Source: Candidatus Muiribacteriota bacterium
GTDB taxonomy: Bacteria; Muiribacteriota; Muiribacteriia; Muiribacteriales; Muiribacteriaceae
Reading direction: 5' to 3'
Assembly (NCBI GenBank): GCA_051747805.1
Contig: JBNJGP010000004.1
Location: forward strand, 1-61,376
DNA: 61,376 nucleotides
Positions within the stretch are counted from its first letter, which is position 1. Every line of letters begins with the position of its first letter. A program made the translations under genes and the position numbers. The notes below the pieces were generated by a model that worked only from the letters and a program-made list of their open reading frames with translations, was not told where the DNA came from and did no database searches. This document shows, piece after piece, positions 1 to 10,254 of the stretch.

Positions 1-67
1 GGGGTCCAGCTTTAAGCTTAGTTTTTATATTTAATATTATGTTTTTTGTTTCAAGCACGCTTTTTTC

Positions 68-98
68 GTCACTAAAAAAGCGTTAGCTTTTTGGTCAC
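68..98. repeat. Fixed-flank palindrome GTCACTA-[AAAAAGC GTTA GCTTTTT]-GGTCAC (family A, copy 1)
   Basis: Read directly; same flanks recur at 60581, 60682 (reverse) and 60735 (reverse). Confidence 0.8.
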
Positions 99-357
99 AT
101 GTTTTTAAAGTTAAAATCAACCACTACAAAAATCCCAAAAAACCGCTTTATAAAGAGGGATTTTATCTTTTGATGGGTTTAGTTTACATATTGAAGTACT
201 TTCAATTTGCTGTATATACGCTCTTGAATTTTTTTGTGATTTTGTTCCGTAATTAATTTTAACTTTTTGTATTAAAAGCAAATGATTTTCTTATGCTCTT
301 GCTTGCGTTAAAAAAAATTTGAAAAAATCCATTAATAAATTATATAATAAAAATATT

Positions 358-684
358 ATGAAAAAAAATAATATTGTATGGTCAAGTGAAGCTGGTGATT
401 TAAGGAATAAAAAAAAGAAAAAACAGGATGAGGATTTTAACGTTAAAGACTTAAACCTGAAAATTAGACGTTTAACATCTGGTAAAGGAAGAACAGTTAT
501 TGAAATAAAAGGACTTCCTCAGAATCAGAAATGGTGTAAAAGTCTGGCAAAAGATTTAAAAAAAGCGCTTGGAACAGCCGGAACATATAAAAATGGTAAA
601 ATAGAAATTCATGGTGAACAAATTGAGCGTTTAGGTGAGCTTCTTACAAAGAAAGGGATAAAATGGAAAAAAACAGGTGGTTGA
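358..684 (+). CDS. yciH: Translation initiation factor SUI1 family protein (YciH-like)
   Basis: RRLTSGKGRTVIEIKGL...LAKDLKKALGTAGT...IEIHGE...KKTGG motifs; ATG at 358 preferred over TTG at 319. Confidence 0.85.
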   Translation: MKKNNIVWSSEAGDLRNKKKKKQDEDFNVKDLNLKIRRLTSGKGRTVIEIKGLPQNQKWCKSLAKDLKKALGTAGTYKNGKIEIHGEQIERLGELLTKKGIKWKKTGG

Positions 685-686
685 AT

Positions 687-1244
687 TTAAGGTTGAAATG
701 GTCTGTAAAAATACATATCTTCGGGGTCTGAAATATAAGAGACCATTACTACCCACTGAGTCGGCTCGTTTTTTAAAACAGGAGAGGGCTGCCACCCTTC
801 GTCGCTATCGTATCTTAAATATACTCTGCGGGCAAGATATCCCTTTCTTTCAAGATTAAACAAAAATAAATTTGCCTTATCTCCTCTTATATAATAATTT
901 CCATATGCTGAAATATTCCAGAATAATTCATTTTTTTCTGGAGGGGCAGGATAAATATCAGGATTGCTTACCAAATCCAAAGGATCGTCGCTGTAATCAA
1001 TAATGTCAATTACACCTTCCCCGTCAACAGGAATTTCAAAAAATTCTTCAAATTCCATGTGTTTTATCCCTGAGTTAATTGAGTTTTCAATTGATTTTAA
1101 AGCATCAATATACTGTCTTTCGGTTGAACGGGTAAACTGAAGTGTTTCGCGGGGCATTGTAAGCATAATTGTAAGACTTAACCCTGCAATAATTAAGAGA
1201 ATTAAAATTAATAGCATTCCTTTTCTTTTATTAAAAAAAACCAT
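687..1244 (-). CDS. Hypothetical protein with prepilin-like (class III) N-terminus
   Basis: NKRKG|MLLILILLIIAGL: basic leader, Gly, hydrophobic helix; RBS GGAGG upstream. Confidence 0.6.
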   Translation of the reverse strand: MVFFNKRKGMLLILILLIIAGLSLTIMLTMPRETLQFTRSTERQYIDALKSIENSINSGIKHMEFEEFFEIPVDGEGVIDIIDYSDDPLDLVSNPDIYPAPPEKNELFWNISAYGNYYIRGDKANLFLFNLERKGYLARRVYLRYDSDEGWQPSPVLKNEPTQWVVMVSYISDPEDMYFYRPFQP

Positions 1245-1261
1245 GGTTTATATTCCTCCCC

Positions 1262-3037
1262 TTAATCATCCACCCTTAAAATATCACCTGAACGGCGGAC
1301 AATGCTTCCGGTTTCATAAGTGCCTGTCATAAAGTTCTGAATAGCCCGCCACTCAAAATATTGAGTAACATTATCTGTTGAGTATTCATCTCCACCCCCA
1401 AAGCCAGGGTCAACAAAAACATCAAACTGCACAATATCAAACTCAGCCTCCACAGAGTTGATTAACGGCACAGAAGTTAATGGAGGCATCCCAATGTTTC
1501 CGCTTACCGGAAAATCACTGAAATCCCTTACAGGGTCGTTGGGGTCTAAAAAAAGCTCATCATTCATATTTGTTACCCAGGTATAATCGGATGGTATTTG
1601 AAACTCAATATAATCAATTAAATCCTGATAATGAGTCTTATCAGAATAGTTAAACTGTTTTGGAAGATAATGGTTAAACGGTAAATCGCTTATATCTGTT
1701 ACATATCTGTCATATGGATAAACCTGAAAAAATACAAGCAGAAATCTTCCATATAGAGGGTCTTCTATTATATCATCGCCAACTTCGTTTTTGCTTTCAA
1801 TATTTTCGAGATTGTATGTAACATTATAGGTATTTGTAGAAGAATCATATTCCTGACTATTATCAAGAAGTCCTTCATAATCCCTTGGTACTAAACTTAT
1901 CTCTTCCTGTTTAAGGGCAACATCCGGGTTAAACGGGTCAAATGTAATATCAGTTAAAACATCAACAGGATAAATTCTTGAAAGATTAGAATACCTTCTA
2001 TCATTTGTGGTGGCAGTATCATATATAATGTCGCCTAGATAGGTATGCTGATAAAAAGATTCCTGAAAGGAGTCAGAGGAGAACCAGTCAAGATTAATTT
2101 TATCCTCGTCATTTGTTGCATAAACCCACATTCTTATATTCCAGTTAACTCTGTTGCTTGCACCTGTTACTGGCGATGAATAAGGGGGGTAATAATTTTT
2201 ATGCTGCCAGGCTGCACCAGCTTCTCCATCTGTATTGACCCTTATCCAGGTTGCCTCTTCGTTTCCAGCTTCTACAATATTTGGATGAGACCCAGGATGC
2301 ATGCTGGGGTTACAGGGAGTTGGCTCAACATTGAAAAAAAGTTCGGTGTTTAAGGTTAAATCTTTCCAGTAAGCCATTCCATGGGGGGATTCTAAAACAG
2401 TATAAAATGAGTATGTGCGGTCAAAAACTGAGCTTAAAGGCCTTACTAAAACATCCTGATCGATTGTTACAAATTGTGGGTCATATTCGTACCAGTGATC
2501 GGAGGATGGGTCAATTAAAAGCCATTGCCACTGCTGAGTCTCGGCCTCTTTTGTAATAAAAAAAGGCCAGCTGTAAATATCAGTATCGTCAACATTTCCA
2601 ATATCAATATCTGTTGCAAAATACTGCTGATTAAATAAATATGGATAAAAAATCTGAGGTTCATTTAATGAAATAATATTTTGATCAAGTGTGTTGGCAT
2701 TTGCATCAATATTTTTTTGAGAAACAATCATCAAACTTGGATTTATTTTATGCTCTGTATCTTCTTCAAAATAATCCGGTCCTTTAAGTGAATTATAAGT
2801 GTAATATGCAGGCCAGTTATAATAATCGTGAAGAAACTCCGGATAGCCGAATCTAAAAACAGTATGTTCGCGGGAGTCGATCCAGCTGTCACCCTGTATT
2901 TTTTGTTCTTCAAGAAGAATACTGATTTCACCTAAAGTGTATTCTGCGTCTGGATGCGGGTTAAATTCAACTTTAAAAGAAAAAATTAAAACAGAGGAAA
3001 AAAATATTATTAAAATAGATAAAAATTGTTTTTTCAT
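1262..3037 (-). CDS. Secreted acidic, aromatic-rich hypothetical protein (about 591 aa)
   Basis: Signal peptide MKKQFLSILIIFFSSVLIFS from ATG 3037; GAGG RBS; no family recognised. Confidence 0.7.
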   Translation of the reverse strand: MKKQFLSILIIFFSSVLIFSFKVEFNPHPDAEYTLGEISILLEEQKIQGDSWIDSREHTVFRFGYPEFLHDYYNWPAYYTYNSLKGPDYFEEDTEHKINPSLMIVSQKNIDANANTLDQNIISLNEPQIFYPYLFNQQYFATDIDIGNVDDTDIYSWPFFITKEAETQQWQWLLIDPSSDHWYEYDPQFVTIDQDVLVRPLSSVFDRTYSFYTVLESPHGMAYWKDLTLNTELFFNVEPTPCNPSMHPGSHPNIVEAGNEEATWIRVNTDGEAGAAWQHKNYYPPYSSPVTGASNRVNWNIRMWVYATNDEDKINLDWFSSDSFQESFYQHTYLGDIIYDTATTNDRRYSNLSRIYPVDVLTDITFDPFNPDVALKQEEISLVPRDYEGLLDNSQEYDSSTNTYNVTYNLENIESKNEVGDDIIEDPLYGRFLLVFFQVYPYDRYVTDISDLPFNHYLPKQFNYSDKTHYQDLIDYIEFQIPSDYTWVTNMNDELFLDPNDPVRDFSDFPVSGNIGMPPLTSVPLINSVEAEFDIVQFDVFVDPGFGGGDEYSTDNVTQYFEWRAIQNFMTGTYETGSIVRRSGDILRVDD

Positions 3038-3041
3038 TTCA

Positions 3042-3779
3042 TTAATCCTCCCCAGTGGTCCATAAAATTGTATTATCAAGAATTAAGTAATCAAGATTAA
3101 GGTTTAAATAAGTATAAAAAGCTTTTTCAATATTATTACACGTTTTTGTAAGATTCACAATTCCCGCCTGCGTGTTTTTTAAATTAAAAAAATTTTGGCA
3201 GATTTTTTTTAAATCAGAAGTTATAACAGGATGAGACGGAGGTATGTACCAGGTGACCTTGTCGTTTAATTTTTTTACTAATTTTGTATTAGAAGCACAA
3301 TTATCTGTGATATAAAAAGTGTTGAAATTATCAAGAATAGACTTGTAATGAAAAATATTATCAAACTCAAAAACAATATAGGCAAAATGCTGTTTATTAT
3401 ACTTTTGAAAAAACAGCAAGTTTTTACCTTTAAAAATAATATCAGAAGTGGCACTTATTTTATTGGGAGGAACCTGCCAGTAAATTTGTTTAAAGGGAAA
3501 ATAGTAGTTTTTCTGATTATTATCTTCAAAATAAACTTTGTTTTTTTCGTTTTTTTTAAAAAATTTAAATCTATAACCAATATCTTTATGTGAGTTTAAT
3601 TCTACTTGAAAATTTTTATTTTTATCATCGGGAAACATTTCTAATTCTGAAATTGTTTTCCACATATCATCAGAATAAACAAGAAAAACTTTTTGAATTG
3701 AAGGTAAATATGGGTATTTAAATAAATGAATACCATCAGAATAGTTTTTTAAATATACATGAGTTTCTTCTGAGTTCAT
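3042..3779 (-). CDS. Hypothetical protein with possible starch-binding CBM21/CBM25-like N-terminal domain
   Basis: YSDDMWKT...FEDNNQKNYY resembles the 'W..DNN..NY' CBM pattern. Confidence 0.45.
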   Translation of the reverse strand: MNSEETHVYLKNYSDGIHLFKYPYLPSIQKVFLVYSDDMWKTISELEMFPDDKNKNFQVELNSHKDIGYRFKFFKKNEKNKVYFEDNNQKNYYFPFKQIYWQVPPNKISATSDIIFKGKNLLFFQKYNKQHFAYIVFEFDNIFHYKSILDNFNTFYITDNCASNTKLVKKLNDKVTWYIPPSHPVITSDLKKICQNFFNLKNTQAGIVNLTKTCNNIEKAFYTYLNLNLDYLILDNTILWTTGED

Positions 3780-3798
3780 ATATAAATTATATCATATA

Positions 3799-4188
3799 TT
3801 ACTTGATTTCAAAATATTCATAGCTGTCATTTAATATATTAGAAATTTTTACCTTATTATTATTAATATCTTCTACTTTAAAAACCTCTCCAATTTTATC
3901 GTTAACCCTGGCAGTTTTTATAGTATTTTCGAATTTATAATAAACAACCGGCATTTCCTTACGGTCAATACCTATAATCTCAAAATTATCAAAATCTTTG
4001 ACAACAGGGGCATGAATATTTATTCCCTTGTAGGACACAATATTTTTATCAACTTTTTCTGAATTTTTTTCATTTTCTATTATTTCTGTCCGGGGTTGAG
4101 AAGTTATAATTTTTTCTTCATTCTGTGTGAAAAAAAGTGAATAAATAGAACCGAGAACAGCTATAAATACAAAAATCCGTTTTTTCAT
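3799..4188 (-). CDS. Membrane-anchored protein, PilP/GspC-HR-like C-terminus
   Basis: N-terminal TM from MKKRIFVF; FEIIGI...TARVNDKIGEVFKVEDINNNKVKI pattern. Confidence 0.5.
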   Translation of the reverse strand: MKKRIFVFIAVLGSIYSLFFTQNEEKIITSQPRTEIIENEKNSEKVDKNIVSYKGINIHAPVVKDFDNFEIIGIDRKEMPVVYYKFENTIKTARVNDKIGEVFKVEDINNNKVKISNILNDSYEYFEIK

Positions 4189-4305
4189 AAAATACCTCGC
4201 TATAAATTGCATATTAACGTCCGTGTTTTTTTTGTTATCGATAAAAAATACCAGTAACTTTAATATTTTTTTGTCTAACACACCCTTTTATGCTAATATT
4301 TTTTT

Positions 4306-5082
4306 ATGGCAAAAATAGGAGTATTTGATTCAGGCTTAGGCGGTTTAAGTATTGTCAGAAAACTTATTGAAAAAAATTCAGAGCATGAAATAGTTTATCT
4401 TGGTGATACGGCTCACCTGCCATATGGCTCAAAATCAATTGAAAAAATAAAAGAATTTTCTCAGAAAGCTTTAAATTTTTTAACAGGAAAAAAAGTAGAT
4501 ATAATTGTAATTGCATGTAATACCGTTTCTTCTGTTGCCCTTCCTTTTTTAAGAGAAATTTATAAAGTTCCTCTTATTGGAGTTGTAGAGTCCGGAGTTG
4601 CGGCAGCATTAGAGGAACAGAAAAATAGAATTTGTATTATAGGTACGCATAATACTGTAAACTCTCGTAGATATGAACAACTATTATATGAATCTGATAA
4701 AAATTTGAAAATCAACTCAAAACCATGCCCGCTTTTTGTACCCCTGGTTGAAGAAGGGATTGTATCGGGAGAAATTGCAAAACTAATTGTTGAAAAATAT
4801 CTTTCAGAGTATAAAAACAAAATTGATTTACTAATACTTGGATGTACCCATTATCCTGCATTAAGCCAGGTTATCTCGAATTTTTTCGAAAATAGAGTAA
4901 TGCTTGTGGATGCTAGTTCTCAAATAAGTAAGTATATTAAAAAATTAAAATTAAAGAAGTCCCATTCCAGAAAATGTCTTCATGAATTTTATGTAACAGA
5001 TAGACCAGAGAATTTTAAAAAACTGGCAGGTTTATTTTTAGAAAGTAGCATTAAAAATGCAAAAACAGTAAACTTAAATTAG
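4306..5082 (+). CDS. murI: Glutamate racemase
   Basis: IGVFDSGLGG, PYGSKS, IACNT, LGCTHYP. Confidence 0.97.
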   Translation: MAKIGVFDSGLGGLSIVRKLIEKNSEHEIVYLGDTAHLPYGSKSIEKIKEFSQKALNFLTGKKVDIIVIACNTVSSVALPFLREIYKVPLIGVVESGVAAALEEQKNRICIIGTHNTVNSRRYEQLLYESDKNLKINSKPCPLFVPLVEEGIVSGEIAKLIVEKYLSEYKNKIDLLILGCTHYPALSQVISNFFENRVMLVDASSQISKYIKKLKLKKSHSRKCLHEFYVTDRPENFKKLAGLFLESSIKNAKTVNLN

Positions 5083-5232
5083 TTGTTTGATATTGACAAC
5101 ATAGTTGGAAACCTGAATTAAAGTTTAGCAAAAAATAGAAATTTTAACCGGTAGACATTTATAATGCAGTGCTGAAAGCTTTTTAAGAAAATTTGCTAAA
5201 CTCAAGATATTAAATATAATTGGGAGGATTTT

Positions 5233-5979
5233 ATGACAGATTTTAAATACATTAGAAAAGAACATAGAAAAAATGATAAAAAAAGAAAGGTTAAATTTAC
5301 AAGAAACTTTACAAAGCACGCAGAGGGTTCTGTGCTGGTAGAGTTTGGACAAACTAAGGTAATATGTAACGTTAGTGTCGATGACGGAGTGCCTCCTTTT
5401 TTAAAAGGAAAAAACCAGGGGTGGATTACTGCTGAATACGCAATGCTGCCAAGGGCAACGAACTTCAGAACCCGTAGAGAAACTACGAGAGGAAAACCTT
5501 CAGGTCGAACAATGGAAATTCAGAGGTTAATCGGCAGAGCCTTAAGGGCCGTAGTTGATTTAAAAAAAATCGGGGAAAATACATTATGGGTTGACTGTGA
5601 TGTAATTCAGGCAGACGGAGGAACTCGGACTGCTGCAATTTCCGGGGCGATGGTTGCTTTATATGATGCCCTCAACTATATGAAAAACAAAGGTAAAATA
5701 GATAAAGATCCTGTTAAGCAGTTTATTGCAGCAGTAAGTGTTGGTATTATAAAAAACAATGTTATTTTAGATTTGGATTATAATGAGGATTCACAGGCAG
5801 ATGTTGATATGAATGTTATTATGACAGAAAAAGGAGAGTATGTTGAACTGCAGGGAACAGGGGAAGAAAATACTTTTTCGCATAATCAGCTTCTGGAAAT
5901 GCTTTCAAAGGCAGAACTTGGAATTATGGAGATAATAGAAAGTCAGAAAGAAGTTTTAGGGCTTGATATTTCTAAATGA
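5233..5979 (+). CDS. rph: Ribonuclease PH
   Basis: [31 protein letters not shown]. Confidence 0.98.
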   Translation: MTDFKYIRKEHRKNDKKRKVKFTRNFTKHAEGSVLVEFGQTKVICNVSVDDGVPPFLKGKNQGWITAEYAMLPRATNFRTRRETTRGKPSGRTMEIQRLIGRALRAVVDLKKIGENTLWVDCDVIQADGGTRTAAISGAMVALYDALNYMKNKGKIDKDPVKQFIAAVSVGIIKNNVILDLDYNEDSQADVDMNVIMTEKGEYVELQGTGEENTFSHNQLLEMLSKAELGIMEIIESQKEVLGLDISK

Positions 5980-6563
5980 AAAAAATAATAATTGCCTCTT
6001 CAAATAAGAATAAAATTAAAGAAATAGTTAATATAGCTTCCTGTTTGAACTTAAATTTTAAATTTTTGAATTTAAATAATATTGAAAAGTTGTATGTTGA
6101 AGAAACAGGAAACTCATTCGAGGAAAATGCTATAATAAAAGCAAAAGCCTACTGGCAGAAATATAAAATTCCAGTGATTTCAGATGACTCCGGTTTATGT
6201 GTGGATAAATTAAATGGGTTTCCAGGCTTATATTCGTCAAGATATTCAGGGGGCGGAGACTCTTTAAATATCAAAAAACTTCTGCTGGAACTTCAGGGAG
6301 TTCCGGAAGACGCCAGAAAAGCCTCCTTTTTTTGTTCTGTCTGTTTTTGTAACGGTGATTTTCACGTTTTTAATGGTTTTGTAAAGGGTACTATTTCCCA
6401 GATCCCGTCTGGGAAAAATGGTTTTGGATATGACCCTGTTTTTTTATTTAATAAGTATAAAAAAACGTTTGCTGAGCTTTCTCTGCAGACAAAAAATAAA
6501 ATTAGTCACAGAGCTTCTGCTATTGAAAAATGTTTAAAGTTCATAAAAGAAAAAATTGTCTAA
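5976..6563 (+). CDS. rdgB: Non-canonical purine NTP pyrophosphatase (Ham1/RdgB)
   Basis: [27 protein letters not shown]; follows rph. Confidence 0.95.
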   Translation: MKKIIIASSNKNKIKEIVNIASCLNLNFKFLNLNNIEKLYVEETGNSFEENAIIKAKAYWQKYKIPVISDDSGLCVDKLNGFPGLYSSRYSGGGDSLNIKKLLLELQGVPEDARKASFFCSVCFCNGDFHVFNGFVKGTISQIPSGKNGFGYDPVFLFNKYKKTFAELSLQTKNKISHRASAIEKCLKFIKEKIV

Positions 6564-6692
6564 AATTAAAGCATTTTCTGATTAAAAAATAATCATTTCC
6601 CGTTTTCAAATTTTTTTTACCAAAGTTTTAATTATGGTTTCAAATTCTTATAGATAATGGGTTTTAAATTTAAAACATGAATTTTCAATTTT

Positions 6693-6709
6693 TTGGCACA
6701 TTATTTGCA
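6693..6709 (+). promoter_or_regulatory. Sigma54 (-24/-12) promoter
   Basis: TTGGCAC-ATTAT-TTGCA matches the TGGCAC-N5-TTGCW consensus. Confidence 0.75.
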
Positions 6710-6719
6710 TATATAGTAA

Positions 6720-6815
6720 TCGATTATTTGTATACCCTCTTGGGTAAACAAAAAGTCTCCCAGAACATATTATACTCCCTTTTGTCCCTCGGGTTTTCCC
6801 GGGGGATTTTATTTT
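6720..6815 (+). ncRNA. Candidate sigma54-dependent small RNA (about 95 nt)
   Basis: Predicted start 12 nt after the -12 element; hairpin 6727-6752; two CTCCC motifs; GC hairpin plus T tract terminator; no credible ORF. Confidence 0.6.
6785..6815 (+). terminator. Intrinsic terminator of the candidate sRNA
   Basis: TCCCTCGGG-TTTT-CCCGGGGGA followed by TTTTATTTT. Confidence 0.75.
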
Positions 6816-6981
6816 ATTTGACTAATAATCAATTCTTTTGTATTTTTAATATAAAGGACCTGGCCCTGGGTAAAATAAAAAAATTCCTCTGCCTGATTCC
6901 TGGTTCTAAGTGTTTTTTGAATCAAATTTGGATATGCAGTAAATTAAGATAGAAGAACATTAAATCATATTTGGAGGCAAA

Positions 6982-8310
6982 ATGCAGGTTAAAGAGATTG
7001 AAAGAAATAATGACGGTAATGTTTCCTATAAAGTTACTTTGCCAAGCGAAAAGGTTGATAATGCGATTGAAAGAGTATACAAAGACCTTGTTAAAAGAGT
7101 TAATATACCGGGATTCCGTAAAGGCAAAGTGCCTAAAAAAGTGCTGGAAGTACGTGTAGGCAAAGAATATTTTGAGGAAGAAGCTAAAAAAATGCTGCTT
7201 GAAGAAAGTTTTTATGATGCTTTTAAAAATATAGATGACAAAGTATTAAAGCAGGATTTAGATGATCTGGAGCTTGAGGTTGGAAAAGGTTTTTCTTATG
7301 TTATTAAACTTGAAACTGTTCCAGATGTAGATATTTCTGAAGAGACCTATAAAAATCTTAATATTGAATTAGAAAAAGAAGAATATACTGAAGAAAAATA
7401 CAAAAAAAATCTTGAAGAGTTTTTAGAAAAACATGGTACAAAAGAAGAAGTTAAGGACCGTGGGCTTAAAGAAGGTGATAATGCTGTTATAAACTTTTTA
7501 GGTAAAATTGATGGTGAGCCATTTGAAGGCGGTAAGGCTGATAATTATAATTTGAAAATTGGCTCTGGTTCTTTTATTGATAATTTTGAAGAACAGCTTG
7601 AAGGAATGAAACCCGAAGACAAAAAAACTGTTAAAGTTACTTTCCCGAAAAGTTATCAACAGGAAAAACTTGCCGGGAAAGAGGCTGAGTTTGATGTAGA
7701 ACTTTTAAAAATTGAGGCTGTAAAACTACCTGAAATCGACGAAGAACTTCTTAAAAAAATAAATTATAAAACTGAAGAAGAGCTTAAAGAAGATTTTGTT
7801 AACAAAACAAAAGAACAGGTAGAAAAAAACAATAAAATTCAACTTGAAAATAAAATAATTGATAAAATTATTTCTAATCTGGATTTAACTCCTCCAGACT
7901 CCATGATTAATTATATTGTGGATACAAAGATTAATGAATTTGAGCAGAATATGAAAAAATACTTTCCAAACTTAACTCTTGATGATTACTTGAAGGCTAC
8001 TAACTCAGACAGGGGGGCCCTGAAAAAAAATTATGAGGAATCTGCCGGAAAACAGGCTTTAATCGAACTTGTAATGAAAAATATTGCAAGAATTGAGGGC
8101 ATACAAGTTGAAAATGATGATATAGATGTTAAACTTAAAGAAGTAGCCCAGAACATGAAACAGGATGCTCAGAAAATAAAAGAGTCATTAAAAGCTTCTG
8201 GAAACCTGTCTCTTGTTAAAGAAGAAATTTTAATGGAAAAAACAATTGATTTTATAAAAAATGCTGCCGATATAAAAGAAAAAAATGAAGGTGAAAAACA
8301 GGAGGGTTAA
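6982..8310 (+). CDS. tig: Trigger factor
   Basis: [10 protein letters not shown] ribosome-binding motif, FKBP domain (FEGG...[11 protein letters not shown]); precedes clpPX. Confidence 0.97.
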   Translation: MQVKEIERNNDGNVSYKVTLPSEKVDNAIERVYKDLVKRVNIPGFRKGKVPKKVLEVRVGKEYFEEEAKKMLLEESFYDAFKNIDDKVLKQDLDDLELEVGKGFSYVIKLETVPDVDISEETYKNLNIELEKEEYTEEKYKKNLEEFLEKHGTKEEVKDRGLKEGDNAVINFLGKIDGEPFEGGKADNYNLKIGSGSFIDNFEEQLEGMKPEDKKTVKVTFPKSYQQEKLAGKEAEFDVELLKIEAVKLPEIDEELLKKINYKTEEELKEDFVNKTKEQVEKNNKIQLENKIIDKIISNLDLTPPDSMINYIVDTKINEFEQNMKKYFPNLTLDDYLKATNSDRGALKKNYEESAGKQALIELVMKNIARIEGIQVENDDIDVKLKEVAQNMKQDAQKIKESLKASGNLSLVKEEILMEKTIDFIKNAADIKEKNEGEKQEG

Positions 8311-8927
8311 TGTTAGTCCCAATAGTTGTTGAACAAACTGCCAAAGGTGAACGTTCATATGATATTTATTCGCGTTTATTGAAAGATAGAATTATTTTTG
8401 TAGGTCAGGATGTAGAGGATAATATGGCAAATTTAATTATTGCCCAGCTTCTATTTCTTGAATCACAGGATCCCGATAGAGAAATTATGATGTACATAAA
8501 CAGTCCTGGTGGAGTTATTACTGCGGGTCTTGCAATTTATGATACAATGCAGTATATAAAACCACCGGTTTCAACAATTTGTATAGGGCAGGCTGCCAGC
8601 ATGGGAGCTGTGCTACTGGCGGGAGGTTCTAAAGGCAAAAGATACTCACTTCCGCATTCGCGTGTGATGATACATCAACCTCTTGGCGGGGCACAGGGTC
8701 AGGCTACAGATATGGAGATAAGGGTTAAGGAAATAGTCAAGTTTAAACAGTTGTTAAATAGCATACTGGCCGGACACACTGGGCAATCTCTTAAAACAAT
8801 TGCTAAAGATACAGAAAGAGACTATTTCATGTCTGCAGAAGAGGCCCTTAAATATGGTTTAATTGATAAAATTATCGAGCCTAGAAAAAATACTGAAATA
8901 TTAAAGGGGAAGGATTCAAATGATTAA
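8310..8927 (+). CDS. clpP: ATP-dependent Clp protease proteolytic subunit
   Basis: [31 protein letters not shown]. Confidence 0.99.
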   Translation: MLVPIVVEQTAKGERSYDIYSRLLKDRIIFVGQDVEDNMANLIIAQLLFLESQDPDREIMMYINSPGGVITAGLAIYDTMQYIKPPVSTICIGQAASMGAVLLAGGSKGKRYSLPHSRVMIHQPLGGAQGQATDMEIRVKEIVKFKQLLNSILAGHTGQSLKTIAKDTERDYFMSAEEALKYGLIDKIIEPRKNTEILKGKDSND

Positions 8928-10185
8928 TAACATGAAGTCAAAAATCAGATGTTCATTCTGTGGTAGAAATGAGTCAGAGGTAAAAAAAATTTTTGCAGGA
9001 AATAACGTTTCTATATGCAATAAATGTGTAATACTCTGCCATAATATTTTGCTGGATGAAATGTCAGATGAGGTGGAAGCCGAAGTTGATACAATACCTA
9101 AACCAAGAAAAATTCATGATAGTCTTAATCAGCATATTGTTGGTCAGGAAAGAGTAAAAAGGCTTTTATCTGTCGCGGTTTATAACCATTATAAAAGAAT
9201 TAATACACCTAAAGCTATGCTGAAAGGTATTGATATTACAAAAAGTAATATTCTTCTTGTTGGTCCAACAGGTTCAGGAAAAACGCTTTTTGCTCAGACA
9301 CTTGCGAAAATACTTAATGTTCCTTTTGCAATTGGAGATGCAACTAGCTTAACAGAGGCTGGATATGTTGGAGACGATGTTGAAAATCTGCTTTTAAGAT
9401 TAATTCAGAATGCTAATTTTAATATAAAAAAAGCCGAGCAGGGAATTATTTATATTGATGAAATAGATAAGGTGGCTAAAAAGTCTGAAAACGTTTCTAT
9501 TACCAGAGATGTTTCCGGCGAAGGAGTTCAACAGGCTCTTTTAACAATGCTTGAAGGAAAAGTTGCAAGTGTTCCTCCGCAGGGTGGAAGAAAGCATCCT
9601 CATCAGGAATATTTAAAAATTGATACATCAAATATCCTTTTTATAATTGGTGGTGCATTTGTTGGACTTGAAAAAATTATTGAAGAAAGAATAGCCACAA
9701 AAGCAATGGGATTTGGTGCGGACGTTAAAGGGGAAACAGCTGATAAAGATTCTATTTATGAGCATATGCTACCACAGGATCTTGTGAGATATGGTTTTAT
9801 TCCAGAGTTTATTGGAAGAATTCCTGTTCTTGGTACTTTACATTCTCTTGATAAGGAAGCTCTTGTTAAAATACTGCGTAACCCTAAAAATTCGCTTGAA
9901 AAGCAGTATAAGGCGATGTTTGAGCTTGAAGATGTTGAGCTTAACATTACTGAAGACGCATTTGAAAAAATTGCTGAAATTGCAACAGAAAGAAAAACAG
10001 GTGCGCGTGGTTTAAGGTCTATTATGGAAGAAATCATGCTGGATATAATGTATGAACTTCCAGAACGGGAAAGTTTGCACAAGTTTTCTATAGACGCTGA
10101 TTTTATTCATGAATTTATGAAAACAAAAAATTCTGTGCACGATGTTACTAAGTTAGTCGAAGAAAAACTTAAAAAATCAGCTTAA
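8920..10185 (+). CDS. clpX: Clp protease ATP-binding subunit
   Basis: CSFCG...CNKC zinc finger, [31 protein letters not shown]. Confidence 0.99.
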   Translation: MINNMKSKIRCSFCGRNESEVKKIFAGNNVSICNKCVILCHNILLDEMSDEVEAEVDTIPKPRKIHDSLNQHIVGQERVKRLLSVAVYNHYKRINTPKAMLKGIDITKSNILLVGPTGSGKTLFAQTLAKILNVPFAIGDATSLTEAGYVGDDVENLLLRLIQNANFNIKKAEQGIIYIDEIDKVAKKSENVSITRDVSGEGVQQALLTMLEGKVASVPPQGGRKHPHQEYLKIDTSNILFIIGGAFVGLEKIIEERIATKAMGFGADVKGETADKDSIYEHMLPQDLVRYGFIPEFIGRIPVLGTLHSLDKEALVKILRNPKNSLEKQYKAMFELEDVELNITEDAFEKIAEIATERKTGARGLRSIMEEIMLDIMYELPERESLHKFSIDADFIHEFMKTKNSVHDVTKLVEEKLKKSA

Positions 10186-10195
10186 AAATAAAAAT

Positions 10196-10249
10196 AAGGG
10201 GTCAGGCTGAACTTGATAAGCCTATTATCAAGTTTGGTCCCCTTTTTTT
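10196..10249. terminator. Long hairpin between convergent clpX and nth; REP-like family B copy, probably a bidirectional terminator
   Basis: AAGGGG..AACTTGATAA-GCCTA-TTATCAAGTT..CCCCTT plus T run; A run upstream. Confidence 0.7.
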
Positions 10250-10254
10250 AAACC

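Noticed and set aside
6677-6952. 91-aa ORF between rdgB and tig
   Set aside because: No RBS or recognisable protein features; it runs through a sigma54 promoter and a terminator.
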